This document shows positions 40,877 through 49,235 of a DNA stretch of 64,000 nt, piece after piece. The DNA is from Aestuariivita boseongensis (GTDB taxonomy: Bacteria > Pseudomonadota > Alphaproteobacteria > Rhodobacterales > Rhodobacteraceae). The DNA is taken from positions 62,070-126,069 of the forward strand of contig NZ_JXYH01000005.1 in NCBI RefSeq assembly GCF_001262635.1, in the 5' to 3' direction. Numbering within the stretch: position 1 is the stretch's first letter; every line of letters starts with the position of its first letter. The notes under the pieces are model-generated. The model worked only from the letters and a program-made list of their open reading frames with translations. It ran no database searches and had not been told where the DNA came from. A program made the translations under genes and the position numbers.

Positions 40877-41107
40877 ATGGCACAGATACCCGAACACCTG
40901 ACACCCGAGATTTGGATAAACCAGTTTTTTGGCTCGCAGGAGGCGCAGCGCGGCGGCGTCGTGAAACGCAAGGTGCGTGATGTGGAACGGCTTGTCGGCC
41001 ATGAGGCCTTCATTGCCGAGGTTGAACGGCGCGGTTTTCAAGCCGTGCGCAACAATCTGCATTACGTGGTCTTCTGCAATATGTTGCCGATCCGCCGGGT
41101 CCGGTGA
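40877..41107 (+). CDS. Small hypothetical ORF between trpF and trpB
   Basis: 76-aa ORF with genome-like codon bias. No recognisable family. Ends immediately before the palindrome array. Confidence 0.35.
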   Translation: MAQIPEHLTPEIWINQFFGSQEAQRGGVVKRKVRDVERLVGHEAFIAEVERRGFQAVRNNLHYVVFCNMLPIRRVR

Positions 41108-41108
41108 C

Positions 41109-41255
41109 AAGGGCCTTGGAAGGCCCTTGTTCAAGCGGTTTCGAAACCGCTTGAACAAGGCGTTTCGAAACGCCTTCCCCACCTTCGCCAAAGCTGTGAA
41201 GGCGAATTTTCGAAAATTCGCTTCTGCCGGCAAGCGATCCTTCGAAGGATCGCTT
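41109..41255. repeat. Array of five consecutive palindromes, all centred on TTCGAA (TTGGAA in the first)
   Basis: Directly read: AAGGGCC-TTGGAA-GGCCCTT (41109-41128). GTTCAAGCGGTTTCGAAACCGCTTGAAC (41129-41156, perfect 28 bp). GGCGTTTCGAAACGCC (41159-41174). GCGAATTTTCGAAAATTCGC (41202-41221). AAGCGATCCTTCGAAGGATCGCTT (41232-41255). Confidence 0.85.
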
Positions 41256-41308
41256 TACCCTCCTCATACGTCCCGCTAAACCGGGGAAAGCCAATTGGGG
41301 ACACCAAG

Positions 41309-42553
41309 ATGAACGATCTTTTCAACTCTTTCATGACCGGCCCGGATGAAAACGGCCGTTTCGGCAATTTTGGCGGGCGCTTCGTGTCCGAGACGCTGAT
41401 GCCGCTGATCCTGGAGCTGGAAGAGCAGTATGAGCGCGCCAAGACCGACGACAGTTTCTGGGCCGAGATGCACGACCTCTGGACCCATTACGTCGGCCGC
41501 CCCAGCCCGCTGTATTTCGCCGAACGCCTCACCGATCATCTGGGCGGCGCGAAAATCTATATGAAGCGCGATGAGCTGAACCACACCGGCGCGCATAAGA
41601 TCAACAACGTGCTGGGCCAGATCATCCTGGCCCGCCGCATGGGCAAGACCCGCATCATCGCCGAAACCGGCGCGGGCCAGCACGGTGTGGCGACTGCCAC
41701 GGTCTGTGCGAAATTCGGGTTGAAATGCATCGTCTATATGGGCGCGCATGACGTCGAACGTCAGGCCCCCAACGTCTTCCGCATGCGCCTTCTGGGGGCA
41801 GAGGTGATCCCCGTGACCTCGGGCCGTGGCACGCTCAAAGACGCGATGAACGACGCGCTGCGCGATTGGGTGACCAATGTGCGCGACACGTTTTACTGCA
41901 TCGGCACGGTGGCGGGTCCGCACCCGTACCCGGCCATGGTCCGCGATTTCCAGTCGATCATCGGCAAGGAAGCCAAGGAACAGATGCAGGCCGCCGAGGG
42001 CCGTCTGCCCGACACGATCATCGCCGCCATCGGTGGCGGATCGAACGCGATGGGGCTGTTTTACCCGTTCCTCGACGACACCTCGGTGAACATCATCGGC
42101 GTGGAAGCCGGCGGCAAGGGCGTGAATGAGAAGATGGAGCATTGCGCCTCTCTCACCGGCGGCCGGCCCGGCGTGCTGCACGGCAACCGCACCTATCTGC
42201 TGCAGGATGAGGACGGGCAGATCCTGGAAGGCTTCTCGATTTCGGCGGGTCTGGATTACCCCGGCATCGGGCCGGAACATGCCTGGCTTCATGATATCGG
42301 GCGCGCGCAATATGTCTCGATCACCGATGTGGAGGCGCTGGAGGCGTTCAAGTTGTGCTGCGAGCAGGAGGGGATCATTCCCGCGTTGGAGCCCAGCCAC
42401 GCGCTGGCCCATGTGATGAAGATCGCGCCGGAGCTGCCCAAAGATCACATCATCTGCATGAACATGTGCGGACGGGGTGACAAGGATATCTTCACCGTGG
42501 CTCGTGCACTGGGCTTTGACATGTCCGGCCCAGAAGGCCGCAGCGTCGAGTGA
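41309..42553 (+). CDS. trpB: Tryptophan synthase beta chain
   Basis: [14 protein letters not shown]-lysine region [15 protein letters not shown] motif. Confidence 0.95.
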   Translation: MNDLFNSFMTGPDENGRFGNFGGRFVSETLMPLILELEEQYERAKTDDSFWAEMHDLWTHYVGRPSPLYFAERLTDHLGGAKIYMKRDELNHTGAHKINNVLGQIILARRMGKTRIIAETGAGQHGVATATVCAKFGLKCIVYMGAHDVERQAPNVFRMRLLGAEVIPVTSGRGTLKDAMNDALRDWVTNVRDTFYCIGTVAGPHPYPAMVRDFQSIIGKEAKEQMQAAEGRLPDTIIAAIGGGSNAMGLFYPFLDDTSVNIIGVEAGGKGVNEKMEHCASLTGGRPGVLHGNRTYLLQDEDGQILEGFSISAGLDYPGIGPEHAWLHDIGRAQYVSITDVEALEAFKLCCEQEGIIPALEPSHALAHVMKIAPELPKDHIICMNMCGRGDKDIFTVARALGFDMSGPEGRSVE

Positions 42554-42591
42554 AATATTCCATCTGAAGACCTCCGGCAAACGGGGCGGCA

Positions 42592-42623
42592 GGGCGGCCA
42601 GACCGGGGCCGCCCTTTTCATTT
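42592..42623 (+). terminator. Rho-independent terminator after trpB
   Basis: GGGCGGCC-AGACCGG-GGCCGCCC hairpin followed by TTTTCATTTG. Confidence 0.65.
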
Positions 42624-43253
42624 GTTGCGCAACTGCGCAATTTTGTTGCGCGCACACCACAGGCGCTTCCGCCACGTAAATCTTTTTGTTGAGCGAAGCC
42701 GCCGCCGCGCCGTATTCCAGCCCTCCCAATTGGAGGCGATCTTCAAGGTTCAGGGTCCAAACCTGACCGGTGCGGCTGGCGCTGCCTGACCGTATGCCGA
42801 TCGCAGACAAACGGGGGCCGATTCCAAAACTCGGATAGAGCGTGGGCCTCTTCAAAGCCCTGCCGTGAGGCACCTTTTCGGACATTGCCACGTCCGAACA
42901 CCATCCATTCGGTGTTCCTTTCATCGGATCGCCGGGCCCGCGCAGCGTGCGGCCCGGACCGCAACCGGCTTTGCCATTTGCGGGACAAACCAACCGCTGC
43001 TCTGGCCTTGTGCCAGGGACGTGGATGACGGATCCGCCGCCCTTTGGCCCGCCGCTGGCGCGCCTCTGGGTCGCGCCCCTCTCGCCCACGATCCCTCGTC
43101 CGGGGGCATGGCAAAAGGTTCGGCGATCCACCCCGCCCCCCGGCTCAGGGGCATCACACCTGCGGTCCATGACGGGCCCAACCCACCCAACCAGAAAAGG
43201 AGTTCGCGTTTTGCGACGACGATGACACCCGCAGCTAACAAAGGAGATATGTG

Positions 43254-44387
43254 ATGCGGTTTTTTGATTTTTTGACCCCGAAACGACGGGTCGTGGTGGC
43301 CGCCGATGAACGCGCGGTGATCACACGAGACGGCACAGTGGTCGATGTGCTTGGGCCTGGCACCCATTCCATCGTTCACACAGACACCGCCACACGGGTC
43401 CGCCTTGAGGATCCCATAGTTCCTTTGGTTGAAGCGCGGAGGCTTTTCGTCACAAATCCGGACTTGGCGAAGCGCCATTTCCAGTTGGTTGAGATGGGGC
43501 CGCATGAGATCGCGGTTGCCAATCGGCACCAGGCGTTCTCCCACGTGCTTTTGCCGCGTGAGCAAGTGGTGTTCTTGGCGGATGCGCTCGATTTGACGAT
43601 CGACCGGATCGACATCACGGCGTCCCGCATGTTGCCGACGGATGTCCGCGACCGGTTCTTGCAGGGGGCTACCCCGCATGAATTCAGGCGCATCGATGTG
43701 CCTGCCGGTCATGTTGCGGTGGTCTTTGACGGGGATGCCCCGCCGATGGTGATGCAGCCCGGGACGGAGTTCTTCGTCAGAACCGGTGCGATCTTCCACA
43801 TGCGCACCATGACCATGCGCCAGCAGGCGATGGAGGTCACCGGTCAGGAGATCTTGACCCGCGACCGTGTCTCTGTCCGCGTGAACGTCACGGTGGCCTT
43901 CGTGGTCGAAGACCCTGTGCGGGTTGTCACCACGACCGAGGGGGTCAACGAGGTCTTGCGCACCGCCGTGCAATTGGCCGCGCGGGAAACCTTGGGGGCC
44001 GTCACGCTTGACGGGCTTTTGGAAGACAAGGTGGCGATCAACCGCGAGGCCGCCGACAGGGTCCGCGCCGAGATGGCAGAGTTCGGGATCAAGGTCACGA
44101 CTCTTGCCCTCAAGGACGTGATCTTGCCCGGGGAGATGCGGGAGATCCTTACCTCTGTCGTCGCCGCGCAGAAAGAGGCCGAGGCGAACGTCATCCGCCG
44201 GCGCGAGGAAACGAACGCCACGCGGTCCTTGCTTAACACGGCAAAGGTGATGGCGGACAACCCGGTGCTTCTCAGGCTCAAGGAGCTTGAGGCGCTTCAG
44301 GCGATCGCCGACCGGGTCGATACGATCACGGTGCATAACGGGACCGAAGGGTTGATGACCGATTTGGTCCGGTTGCGCGACCGGTAA
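43254..44387 (+). CDS. SPFH/band-7 (stomatin/HflK-C-like) domain protein
   Basis: AAGGAG RBS 7 nt upstream. SPFH core (IFHMRTMTMRQQAMEVTGQEILTRDRVSVRVNVTVAF) and coiled C-terminus (AAQKEAEANVIRRREETNA). Confidence 0.8.
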   Translation: MRFFDFLTPKRRVVVAADERAVITRDGTVVDVLGPGTHSIVHTDTATRVRLEDPIVPLVEARRLFVTNPDLAKRHFQLVEMGPHEIAVANRHQAFSHVLLPREQVVFLADALDLTIDRIDITASRMLPTDVRDRFLQGATPHEFRRIDVPAGHVAVVFDGDAPPMVMQPGTEFFVRTGAIFHMRTMTMRQQAMEVTGQEILTRDRVSVRVNVTVAFVVEDPVRVVTTTEGVNEVLRTAVQLAARETLGAVTLDGLLEDKVAINREAADRVRAEMAEFGIKVTTLALKDVILPGEMREILTSVVAAQKEAEANVIRRREETNATRSLLNTAKVMADNPVLLRLKELEALQAIADRVDTITVHNGTEGLMTDLVRLRDR

Positions 44388-44409
44388 AACACAGCTTGGG
44401 GCGGTCGGG

Positions 44410-44952
44410 TCAGACCCGGTCGCCCCTTGCGTTTTCCACCACAGAAACAGCAGGCGCACGGGCCGTGTCGTCCAGCCCGTCCAACAGATCCTCGATAAAA
44501 TGGCTCAGCAGTTGGGGCCGGCCCGAAACCCCGGCCTTGCGATAGATGGCGGCGGTCTGCGCCTTGACCGTTCCTTCCGAGGTCGAGCGCAGCTGAGCGA
44601 TCTCCTGCGTGGTCAGCCCCTTGATGGCAAACAGCGCCACGTCGCGTTCTGCCGGGGTCAGGCCCCATTCGGTGAAAGACTCCTCCAGCAGGTCCATGAA
44701 CGCGCCCGAGGCGATGCGAAGCTGCGATTTCATCCGCGCTGCGTCGCGCAGGGATCGGCGCAGAACCAGCGCACCGAAACCGACACCGCAGACCAGCCCG
44801 ATGGCCGCGCCTACCTGCATCAATTCGTAAAGCTGCCAGTTGATCGGCGCGACGGGCAGGGCCAGCAATGTGACCAGGATATCGAAGGTGAAGAAGCCTG
44901 CGCAAAGAACCTGAATGATCAGCAACAGCGCAATGGCCCAGCGACGTGTCAT
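44410..44952 (-). CDS. Membrane-anchored LuxR/GerE-family transcriptional regulator
   Basis: Two N-terminal TM helices. C-terminal LuxR HTH (LTPAERDVALFAIKGLTTQEIAQLRSTSEGTVKAQTAAIYRK). Confidence 0.75.
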   Translation of the reverse strand: MTRRWAIALLLIIQVLCAGFFTFDILVTLLALPVAPINWQLYELMQVGAAIGLVCGVGFGALVLRRSLRDAARMKSQLRIASGAFMDLLEESFTEWGLTPAERDVALFAIKGLTTQEIAQLRSTSEGTVKAQTAAIYRKAGVSGRPQLLSHFIEDLLDGLDDTARAPAVSVVENARGDRV

Positions 44953-44961
44953 GCGTCGTCG

Positions 44962-45453
44962 TCAGTCATCGCCGCCTCCGTCGCCGCCATCTCCGTCGCC
45001 GCCATCTCCGCCGTCGCCATCGCCGTCGCCGTCACCGTCACCGCTGCCGGGACCACTGCTGTCGCTGTCGCTGTCGCTGTCACTATCGCCGTCGTCGCCG
45101 CCATAGCCGTCATCCCCGCCATAGCCATCGTCGCCATCATCATCGCCGCCATGGCTTTGATCGCCACCGCCGCGTCCGGGAGAGGCCGCGCCGGGGTCGA
45201 TCAGTTGGATGCGTTCCCGCTGGCGGGCGAAGTCGCGCAGGATGACGCCTGTGACGGGGTTGAAGATGATTTCGCGGTTCAGGCTGTCGTTCTGCGCGGT
45301 GATCCGACCACGGCCCAGAAAGGTGCGGCTGACCTCGATATTCGAATATCCCTGCGCGCGCAGTTGGGACACGATGCTGCGTTCAAACGAGTTTGCGCTG
45401 GCCACGGCGGGTGTCAGCACCAGGGCAAAGATCAGAAGCAGTCTGCGTAGCAT
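44962..45453 (-). CDS. Secreted PepSY-like domain protein with a ~75-aa poly-acidic Asp/Gly/Ser tail
   Basis: Signal peptide MLRRLLLIFALVLTPAVASA. PepSY-like fold segment (LRAQGYSNIEVSRTFLGRGRITAQNDSLNREIIFNPVTGVIL). Tail made of DGDGDG / DSDSDS / GGDD repeats. Confidence 0.65.
   Translation of the reverse strand: MLRRLLLIFALVLTPAVASANSFERSIVSQLRAQGYSNIEVSRTFLGRGRITAQNDSLNREIIFNPVTGVILRDFARQRERIQLIDPGAASPGRGGGDQSHGGDDDGDDGYGGDDGYGGDDGDSDSDSDSDSSGPGSGDGDGDGDGDGGDGGDGDGGDGGGDD
44965..45165. repeat. Tandem hexa/trinucleotide repeats (GTCGCC / GCTGTC units) encoding the acidic tail
   Basis: Runs such as gccgtcgccatcgccgtcgccgtcaccgtcaccg and gctgtcgctgtcgctgtc were read directly. Confidence 0.7.
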
Positions 45454-45537
45454 CGCGTTTTCCCACAAAGAGCCCCCGCGCGGATTGCGCGAGGGCCTGC
45501 TTGTCACACCAACAATAGGGCGTGTTGGTGCCGAGGA

Positions 45538-46176
45538 TCAATCATCGCCGCCGTCACCGTCACCGTCACCATCGCCGCCATCCCCGTCTCCGCCGTCGCC
45601 GTCTCCACCATCGCCGTCACCGTCGCCGCCGTGGCCGCCGTCATCTCCTCCGTGGCCACTGTCATCGCCACCACGACCGCTATTGTCGCTATCGCTATCG
45701 CTATCGCTGTCGCTGTCGCTGTCATCACCGCCACGGCCACTGTCGTCACCGTCGCTGTCGTCACCGCCACCACGGCCATGGTCATCACCGCTGTCGTCGC
45801 CGTCGTCGTCGCCACCGTTGTCGTCATCACCATCGTCGTCGCTGTCATCATAGCCATCATCATCGCTGTCGTCGGGGCTGTTGTCGTCATCGCTGTCGTC
45901 ATCATCCGAGCTGTCATCGTCGTCGGAATCATCATCCGAGCTGTCATCGGATGAGCTGCTGCTGACGCGCCCGTCGCTGTCGTCATCGCCATATGTTTCG
46001 TTGAAATCGTCAATGCCGCGGACCCGTATGACAAGACCGGGAAGATCGCCTGTATCGGGGGCCGAGATAACGGCCAGCGGACCCAGCATATCAGGCTGGC
46101 GCGCAATCCCGACCGAGGCCTGGGCGGTACCGCCCAGCAGGATGGCAAGAGTGGAAAAGGTGATCACGGGTTTCAT
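45538..46176 (-). CDS. Secreted protein with a short N-terminal domain and a ~150-aa poly-acidic (Asp/Ser/Gly) low-complexity tail
   Basis: Signal peptide MKPVITFSTLAILLGGTAQA. ~45 ordered residues, then an uninterrupted D/S/G-rich sequence ending GGDD, like its neighbour. Confidence 0.6.
   Translation of the reverse strand: MKPVITFSTLAILLGGTAQASVGIARQPDMLGPLAVISAPDTGDLPGLVIRVRGIDDFNETYGDDDSDGRVSSSSSDDSSDDDSDDDDSSDDDDSDDDNSPDDSDDDGYDDSDDDGDDDNGGDDDGDDSGDDHGRGGGDDSDGDDSGRGGDDSDSDSDSDSDSDNSGRGGDDSGHGGDDGGHGGDGDGDGGDGDGGDGDGGDGDGDGDGGDD
45541..45960. repeat. Extended tandem hexanucleotide/trinucleotide repeats (GCTATC/GCTGTC/GTCGCC/GTCATC units) encoding the second acidic tail
   Basis: Example: gctatcgctatcgctatcgctgtcgctgtcgctgtc. 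Many GTCGTC/ATCATC runs. Confidence 0.7.
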
Positions 46177-46376
46177 GCTGCGTTCCTTTCGCGTGTGGGG
46201 GACCGGCTTGGGGGGCAGATCCGATGCGAAGTAACAGAGCAGCCAGGCGCCAGCCCCTCCATTGGACTGAGGCTTAGGGGCGCGAATTCTACCTTTGGTT
46301 TATGATTGCCCTGTTCCGGCGGCGCGCGGCGGGGGCAAAACAAACCAAAGTTTATGCGACATGCGCGCGCTGGTGC

Positions 46377-46751
46377 TCAGTGGGCCAGTGCGTGGGCCTT
46401 CAGAACATCCAGCGGAACGATCTCCAGCGCGCGTTGATGGGTGGCGGTCAGCTTCACGCGGGGGGCGCAGCCTTCATCGGCGGCCTGCAGAAAGCGGCTG
46501 GCACACAGGCACCACTGATCTCCCGGCTTGAGGCCGGCAAAACCGAATTCGGGCCGGGGCGTTGACAGGTCGTTGCCCACATATTTCGAAAAGGCCAGGA
46601 ATTCGGCTGTCATCACCGCACAGACGGTGTGGCTGCCGTGATCGGCCGCGCAGGTGTTGCAATGCCCGTCGCGGAAAAAGCCCGTCTTGGGATCGTTCGA
46701 GCACAGCTCAAGCGCCTCACCCAGAACGTTGATGCTGTCTTCCGGTTCCAT
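46377..46751 (-). CDS. DUF2237-family protein
   Basis: MEPEDSINVLGE.LE.CS.DP.TGFFRDG.C.T...D.GSHTVCA.MT.EFL.FS...GNDLSTP pattern characteristic of this conserved family. Confidence 0.7.
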   Translation of the reverse strand: MEPEDSINVLGEALELCSNDPKTGFFRDGHCNTCAADHGSHTVCAVMTAEFLAFSKYVGNDLSTPRPEFGFAGLKPGDQWCLCASRFLQAADEGCAPRVKLTATHQRALEIVPLDVLKAHALAH

Positions 46752-46764
46752 CGGTCGGTGTCCT

Positions 46765-47940
46765 TCAGTTTTGCGCCAGATCGGCGATCTTGCGCATCAT
46801 CTCAACATTCGCAAGGTTCACGCCGGGCTCGCGGAATTGGCGGTCGGCGGCGGTGGTGACGATCACCAAATCGCGCTCCTGATCAATATAGATATATTGC
46901 CCGTAAATTCCGCGCCCCAGGAATTCTTTTTCGCGCGGCTCCACCGGCACCCACCATTGATAGCCATAGCCGATCTGACCCGGCGCAGTGGGCGCACTGG
47001 CTTTCGTGCTTTCGGCGATCCAGTCGGCGGGGACGATCTGCTGGCCGTTCCATTTCCCGTCCTGTTCGATCATCTGGCCAAAGCGCGCGTAATCGCGGGT
47101 GGTCATCAGGATGCCGCCCAGCACGATCGCAACACCGGCCCCGTCGCTGATGAACCGCGGCGCGCCTTCCAGACCCAGCGGCGCGATGATCTTTTCGCTC
47201 ATCAGTTCGGAGACCGGGCGGCCCGTCGCGCCCCGGATCACCATGCCCAGCACATGCGTGTCGAGAGAGACATATTGCCAACGCTCCCCCCGCGTGCCGT
47301 CGGTTTCGGAAAAGCTGGCGGTGAAATCATCCATCAGCCCCCCCAGCGCCAGCACCCGGCCCATGCGCTGAATGTCGGACCGCTGGTCAAGGTAATCCTC
47401 GTCAAAGACCACGGTGCTGGTCATCTGCAATACGTTCCGGATCGTGGCGCCATCATAGGCGGTGCCCGCCAGTTGGGGCACATATTGCGTGACCGGATCG
47501 TCGATGGAGCCAATGGCCCCTTCCTCGAGCAGGATGCCGAAAAGCGAAGACATGAAGCTTTTGGCCAGCGACCACGAGATCCGGTGATCATCGGCTTCGG
47601 TGCCCAGGTAATAGCCTTCATGCACGATCTCGCCCCGGTGCAGCACCAGAAGGGATGTCAGGTCGGCCTCTGCCACCCAGGCGGTCATCTCGGGGGTCGG
47701 CGTCAGGGGGGCGCCTGCGGGCAGGGGTGTGACCGGGCCATCGCCGCGCGGGACGGGCACGGTCAGGAAGGCTTTGTCCATGTTCGAGAAATTCTCGACA
47801 ATCCGGCCTTCGTTGAACAGCGTCACCACGAAATGCAGTCGCTTGATCTGTTCCCACTTCCAGACGCCGACAACCGTTGCGGCCAGAACCAGCATCAGCA
47901 AGATGCGGCCCAGCCATTTCCCGAATGTGCGCATGATCAT
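46765..47940 (-). CDS. Serine hydrolase of the beta-lactamase/transpeptidase family (esterase or class-C-like)
   Basis: SxxK active-site motif (SLAK). YGYQWW-type C-terminal region. N-terminal signal-like segment. Start ambiguous among three closely spaced Met. Confidence 0.75.
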   Translation of the reverse strand: MIMRTFGKWLGRILLMLVLAATVVGVWKWEQIKRLHFVVTLFNEGRIVENFSNMDKAFLTVPVPRGDGPVTPLPAGAPLTPTPEMTAWVAEADLTSLLVLHRGEIVHEGYYLGTEADDHRISWSLAKSFMSSLFGILLEEGAIGSIDDPVTQYVPQLAGTAYDGATIRNVLQMTSTVVFDEDYLDQRSDIQRMGRVLALGGLMDDFTASFSETDGTRGERWQYVSLDTHVLGMVIRGATGRPVSELMSEKIIAPLGLEGAPRFISDGAGVAIVLGGILMTTRDYARFGQMIEQDGKWNGQQIVPADWIAESTKASAPTAPGQIGYGYQWWVPVEPREKEFLGRGIYGQYIYIDQERDLVIVTTAADRQFREPGVNLANVEMMRKIADLAQN

Positions 47941-48025
47941 CCCCCGATATTTGCGGGCCACGTTACGCAAGGCCGGATGGGGTGCAAGCCCGACGTGCCG
48001 TCAGAGAGATCGGCATGTCCCGCGC

Positions 48026-48703
48026 TCAGCGGAACTTGTCCATCAGTTTCTGCATTGCGCTGCGGGTGTCTTCCGGTTCGGGTGCGGGGTCTGCCGGTTT
48101 GCTGTCCGCTTTGGGCTTCGTCGTGCTGGATCGCGGCGGGTTCGTTCGCAGGCTGACGGCGTTCAGAAACTTGCCGCTGTCGCCCTGCGCCAGCATCGGC
48201 GCGCCGTCCGAGACACCGCGCAGAACATCGTCCAGCCACTCCTGATCGGCCTTTCCGAAATCATGCAGCACGTAGTGTGACACCAGATCCTTGCGGCCCG
48301 GATGTCCGATACCCAGTCGCACGCGTTTATAGGCCTCTCCGATATGGCCGTGGATCGACCGCAAGCCGTTATGGCCCGCATGGCCGCCCCCCATCTTCAC
48401 GCGCACCTTGCCGGGGGCCAGATCCAGTTCGTCATGGAAGACGGTGATGTCCGATGGCTCAAGCTTGTAGAACCGCATCGCCTCTCCCACAGACTGGCCG
48501 GAGAGATTCATGAACGTGTCGGGTTTCAGCAACAGCACCTTGGCGCTGCCCAGACGGCCTTCGCTGATCTGGCCCTGAAACTTCGATCGCCACGGCCCGA
48601 ACCCGTGATCGTCGGCGATCCGGTCCAGCGCCATGAAGCCGATATTGTGCCGGTTGCCCGCGTATTTGGGGCCCGGATTGCCGAGGCCAACAAAGATGTG
48701 CAT
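48026..48703 (-). CDS. pth: Peptidyl-tRNA hydrolase, with a basic C-terminal extension
   Basis: VGLGNPG...GNRHNIGF...MNLSGQSV motifs. Confidence 0.9.
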   Translation of the reverse strand: MHIFVGLGNPGPKYAGNRHNIGFMALDRIADDHGFGPWRSKFQGQISEGRLGSAKVLLLKPDTFMNLSGQSVGEAMRFYKLEPSDITVFHDELDLAPGKVRVKMGGGHAGHNGLRSIHGHIGEAYKRVRLGIGHPGRKDLVSHYVLHDFGKADQEWLDDVLRGVSDGAPMLAQGDSGKFLNAVSLRTNPPRSSTTKPKADSKPADPAPEPEDTRSAMQKLMDKFR

Positions 48704-48777
48704 GGTTTGGCTTGAACTCCGTTGTCTTGGGGACAGATATGCCCCGATCAGACAGCAATTTCCAGCAAGAGGCCGCG

Positions 48778-49089
48778 ATGTATCTGACGATGAACCGTTT
48801 CAAGGTCCACCCTGACAAGATCCAGGCGTTCGAGGCGCTTTGGCTTTTGCGCGACAGCCACCTGAAATCGGTGCCGGGCTTCATCGCCTTCCATCTGATG
48901 CGCGGGCCGGAACGGGGTGATCATGTGCTTTATGCCTCCCACACCGCGTGGGAGAGCGAAGAGGCCTTCACCGACTGGACCAAATCCGAGGTGTTCCGTG
49001 CGGCCCACAAGGATGCGGGCGGCAGCCGGGATCTGTATCTGGAGCCGCCCGAGCTGGAGATTTTCGAGACGGTGCAGGAATTGAGCTGA
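48778..49089 (+). CDS. Antibiotic-biosynthesis-monooxygenase (ABM) domain protein
   Basis: ~100-aa ferredoxin-like ABM fold (MYLTMNRFKV...GFIAFHLMRG). Confidence 0.7.
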   Translation: MYLTMNRFKVHPDKIQAFEALWLLRDSHLKSVPGFIAFHLMRGPERGDHVLYASHTAWESEEAFTDWTKSEVFRAAHKDAGGSRDLYLEPPELEIFETVQELS

Positions 49090-49235
49090 GGTTTGAGAGC
49101 GCAGGGTTCGGGACCGGCGCGCGACAGACTGCGTTCAGACCGAAGCGGCCAAACAGAACCGGCACGCGCTTTGTGCGACCTCGCGCCCTGCAGATGTTTC
49201 TTCCGGCCCGGACGAGGCCTTGCCGGGCACCCGGT

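Noticed and set aside
40850-41294. Three ORFs (127, 100 and 94 aa) spanning the palindrome array, including the peptide [14 protein letters not shown]
   Set aside because: Their repeated peptide motifs arise because the same palindromic DNA is read in both directions. There are no RBSs. They are explained as non-coding hairpin DNA.
42445-43170. 241-aa minus-strand ORF in the trpB-SPFH intergenic region
   Set aside because: Gly/Arg/Pro-rich low-complexity product that overlaps the 3' end of trpB and its terminator. There is no coding periodicity consistent with genome codon usage.
42921-44459. 512-aa ORF antisense to the SPFH gene and its leader
   Set aside because: The SPFH domain and a strong AAGGAG RBS support the plus-strand gene. 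The antisense ORF is Arg/Gly/Pro/His-rich with no recognisable domain.
44915-45965. Plus-strand ORFs encoding PSPSPPSP-rich and RRHRRR-rich peptides, and the minus-strand 214-aa ORF 45504-46148 (TTAMMMA-rich)
   Set aside because: These are alternative-frame translations of the GTCGCC/GCTGTC tandem repeats. The frame giving secreted proteins with signal peptides (Asp/Gly/Ser tails) is the coherent one.
46654-48156. 500-aa plus-strand ORF across the beta-lactamase-family and DUF2237 genes
   Set aside because: It is antisense to two genes with recognisable family motifs (SxxK; the DUF2237 pattern). It has no RBS and a low-complexity composition.
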